27,569 nt of DNA from a virus (taxonomy: Duplodnaviria; Heunggongvirae; Uroviricota; Caudoviricetes), in IMG/VR virus record IMGVR_UViG_2582581022_000016; one strand, given 5' to 3'. The notes below the pieces were generated by a model. That model was given only the letters and a program-made list of their open reading frames with translations. It was not told the origin of the DNA and ran no database searches. The translations under genes and the position numbers were made by a program. Below are positions 26,156-27,569 of this stretch, one piece after another (the first letter of the stretch is position 1; every line of letters starts with the position of its first letter).

Positions 26156-27193
26156 ATGCACGATAATCATGAAACACAAAAAATTAATCAAACCAGCGTG
26201 ATGCCTGAAAAAACTGGTGTTTACTGGAATTCTCGGTTTAGCATTGCTCCTATGCTTGACTGGACGGACAGACATTGCCGTTATTTCTTGCGTCTGCTTT
26301 CCCGCAATACGTTGCTGTATACCGAAATGGTGACCACAGGGGCGATTATTCACGGTAAAGGTGATTACCTGGCGTACAGTGAAGAAGAACATCCGGTAGC
26401 GTTGCAACTCGGGGGTAGCGATCCGGCGGCGCTGGCACAGTGTGCGAAGCTGGCAGAAGCGCGTGGATACGATGAGATCAACCTGAATGTCGGCTGCCCG
26501 TCTGACCGGGTGCAGAACGGCATGTTTGGTGCGTGTCTGATGGGTAATGCGCAGCTGGTTGCCGACTGCGTGAAAGCGATGCGCGATGTGGTGTCGATTC
26601 CGGTGACGGTGAAAACGCGTATTGGCATCGATGATCAGGACAGCTATGAATTTCTCTGCGATTTCATCAACACCGTTTCCGGCAAAGGTGAGTGTGAGAT
26701 GTTCATCATCCACGCACGTAAAGCCTGGCTTTCTGGGTTAAGTCCGAAAGAAAACCGTGAGATCCCGCCGCTCGATTATCCGCGTGTGTATCAACTGAAG
26801 CGTGACTTTCCGCATCTGACGATGTCGATTAACGGTGGTATCAAGTCGCTGGAAGAAGCTAAAGCGCATTTGCAACATATGGATGGCGTGATGGTCGGGC
26901 GCGAGGCGTATCAGAATCCGGGTATTCTGGCGGCGGTAGACCGAGAGATTTTTGGTTCCTCGGATACTGATGCTGATCCGGTGGCGGTAGTGCGCGCCAT
27001 GTATCCGTACATTGAGCGTGAACTCAGCCAGGGTACGTATCTCGGCCATATTACCCGGCATATGCTGGGCTTGTTCCAGGGTATTCCTGGCGCGCGGCAG
27101 TGGCGGCGTTATTTAAGTGAAAATGCCCATAAAGCGGGTGCAGACATTAATGTGCTGGAACACGCGCTCAAACTGGTGGCGGATAAGCGTTAA
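26156..27193 (+). CDS. dusA: tRNA-dihydrouridine synthase A (host gene, integration target of the prophage)
   Basis: 345 aa. Dus-family motifs ([28 protein letters not shown]) and overall sequence match E. coli DusA as I recall it. Confidence 0.9.
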   Translation: MHDNHETQKINQTSVMPEKTGVYWNSRFSIAPMLDWTDRHCRYFLRLLSRNTLLYTEMVTTGAIIHGKGDYLAYSEEEHPVALQLGGSDPAALAQCAKLAEARGYDEINLNVGCPSDRVQNGMFGACLMGNAQLVADCVKAMRDVVSIPVTVKTRIGIDDQDSYEFLCDFINTVSGKGECEMFIIHARKAWLSGLSPKENREIPPLDYPRVYQLKRDFPHLTMSINGGIKSLEEAKAHLQHMDGVMVGREAYQNPGILAAVDREIFGSSDTDADPVAVVRAMYPYIERELSQGTYLGHITRHMLGLFQGIPGARQWRRYLSENAHKAGADINVLEHALKLVADKR

Positions 27194-27230
27194 CTTTTCA
27201 CCAAAAAGTAGTCAAATTCACCACGCCCTG

Positions 27231-27251
27231 CGCCCCGTCGCGGGGCGTTTT
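27231..27251 (+). terminator. Intrinsic terminator after dusA (CGCCCCG-TCG-CGGGGCG then TTTT)
   Basis: 7-bp perfect GC stem, 3-nt loop, T-tract; read directly. Confidence 0.6.
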
Positions 27252-27274
27252 GCTGTTAAATCAATAGATTATTT

Positions 27275-27291
27275 TTGGCATGATTCTTGTA
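27275..27291 (+). promoter_or_regulatory. Candidate sigma-54 promoter for pspG (TGGCAT-N6-TTGT; GG and GT spaced as the -24/-12 elements)
   Basis: GG at 27277..27278 and a TTG(T) element 10 nt downstream. pspG is known to be sigma-54/PspF dependent. The -12 element is GT rather than the consensus GC. Confidence 0.45.
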
Positions 27292-27326
27292 ATGCCAGCA
27301 AGAGATTTCATATTTGGGAGAGCATC

Positions 27327-27569
27327 ATGCTGGAACTACTTTTTGTAATTGGCTTTTTTGTCATGCTGATGGTCACCGGTGTTTCGTTGCTGGGTATTAT
27401 CGCCGCGCTGATTGTGGCGACGGCCTTTATGTTCCTCGGCGGTATGCTGGCATTGATGATTAAGTTGCTGCCGTGGCTGCTGTTGGCGGTTGCGGTGGTG
27501 TGGGTGATCAGGGCGATAAAAGCACCAAAAGTGCCGAAATATCAGCGTTATGACCGCTGGCGTTACTAA
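27327..27569 (+). CDS. pspG: Phage shock protein G (small inner-membrane protein)
   Basis: ATG 27327 with GGGAGAG upstream; 80 aa; MLELLFVIGFFVMLMVTGVSLLGIIAAL...KAPKVPKYQRYDRWRY matches E. coli PspG as I recall it. ORF track's longer 27117 start is an upstream in-frame extension. Stop TAA is the last codon of the window. Confidence 0.85.
   Translation: MLELLFVIGFFVMLMVTGVSLLGIIAALIVATAFMFLGGMLALMIKLLPWLLLAVAVVWVIRAIKAPKVPKYQRYDRWRY

Noticed and set aside
27117-27326. N-terminal extension of the pspG ORF in the ORF track
   Set aside because: The extension overlaps the end of dusA and its terminator; the recognised PspG sequence begins at ATG 27327, which has its own ribosome-binding site.
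1-27569. CRISPR array, tRNA/tmRNA gene or insertion sequence
   Set aside because: No spaced direct repeats, tRNA-like cloverleaf candidates or transposase-like ORFs with terminal inverted repeats were seen; integration is at the protein-coding gene dusA rather than a tRNA.

Overview
This window is the late-gene half of an integrated tailed prophage in an Escherichia-like genome, ending at the host junction. All calls come from reading the sequence and the supplied ORF translations against remembered protein-family features; no database search was run. Prophage genes run left to right on the + strand: a DUF968-like protein and a Q-like antiterminator with DnaJ-type CxxCxGxG repeats; a putative late promoter and short terminated leader; a lysis cassette (two holin-like proteins, GH19-type endolysin, Rz with embedded Rz1); a Rha-family gene bracketed by hairpins; an HNH endonuclease, small and large terminase, and an HK97-type head module (portal, protease, major capsid, connectors); then a Mu-like contractile tail module (DUF2635-like small ORF, sheath, tube, frameshifted chaperone, tape measure, DNA-circulation protein, baseplate, tail fibre, tail-fibre assembly). 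The right end carries a C-terminal remnant of a Gin/Pin/Hin-type invertase, a minus-strand dinI homolog behind two LexA boxes, and a minus-strand tyrosine integrase divergent from host dusA, followed by pspG. The strongest candidate for something undescribed is an AT-rich single-gene insertion (17393..17887) encoding a signal-peptide protein of unknown function, sitting between the tape-measure and DNA-circulation genes with its own promoter-like and terminator-like signals. No tRNA, rRNA, CRISPR array or IS element was recognised.
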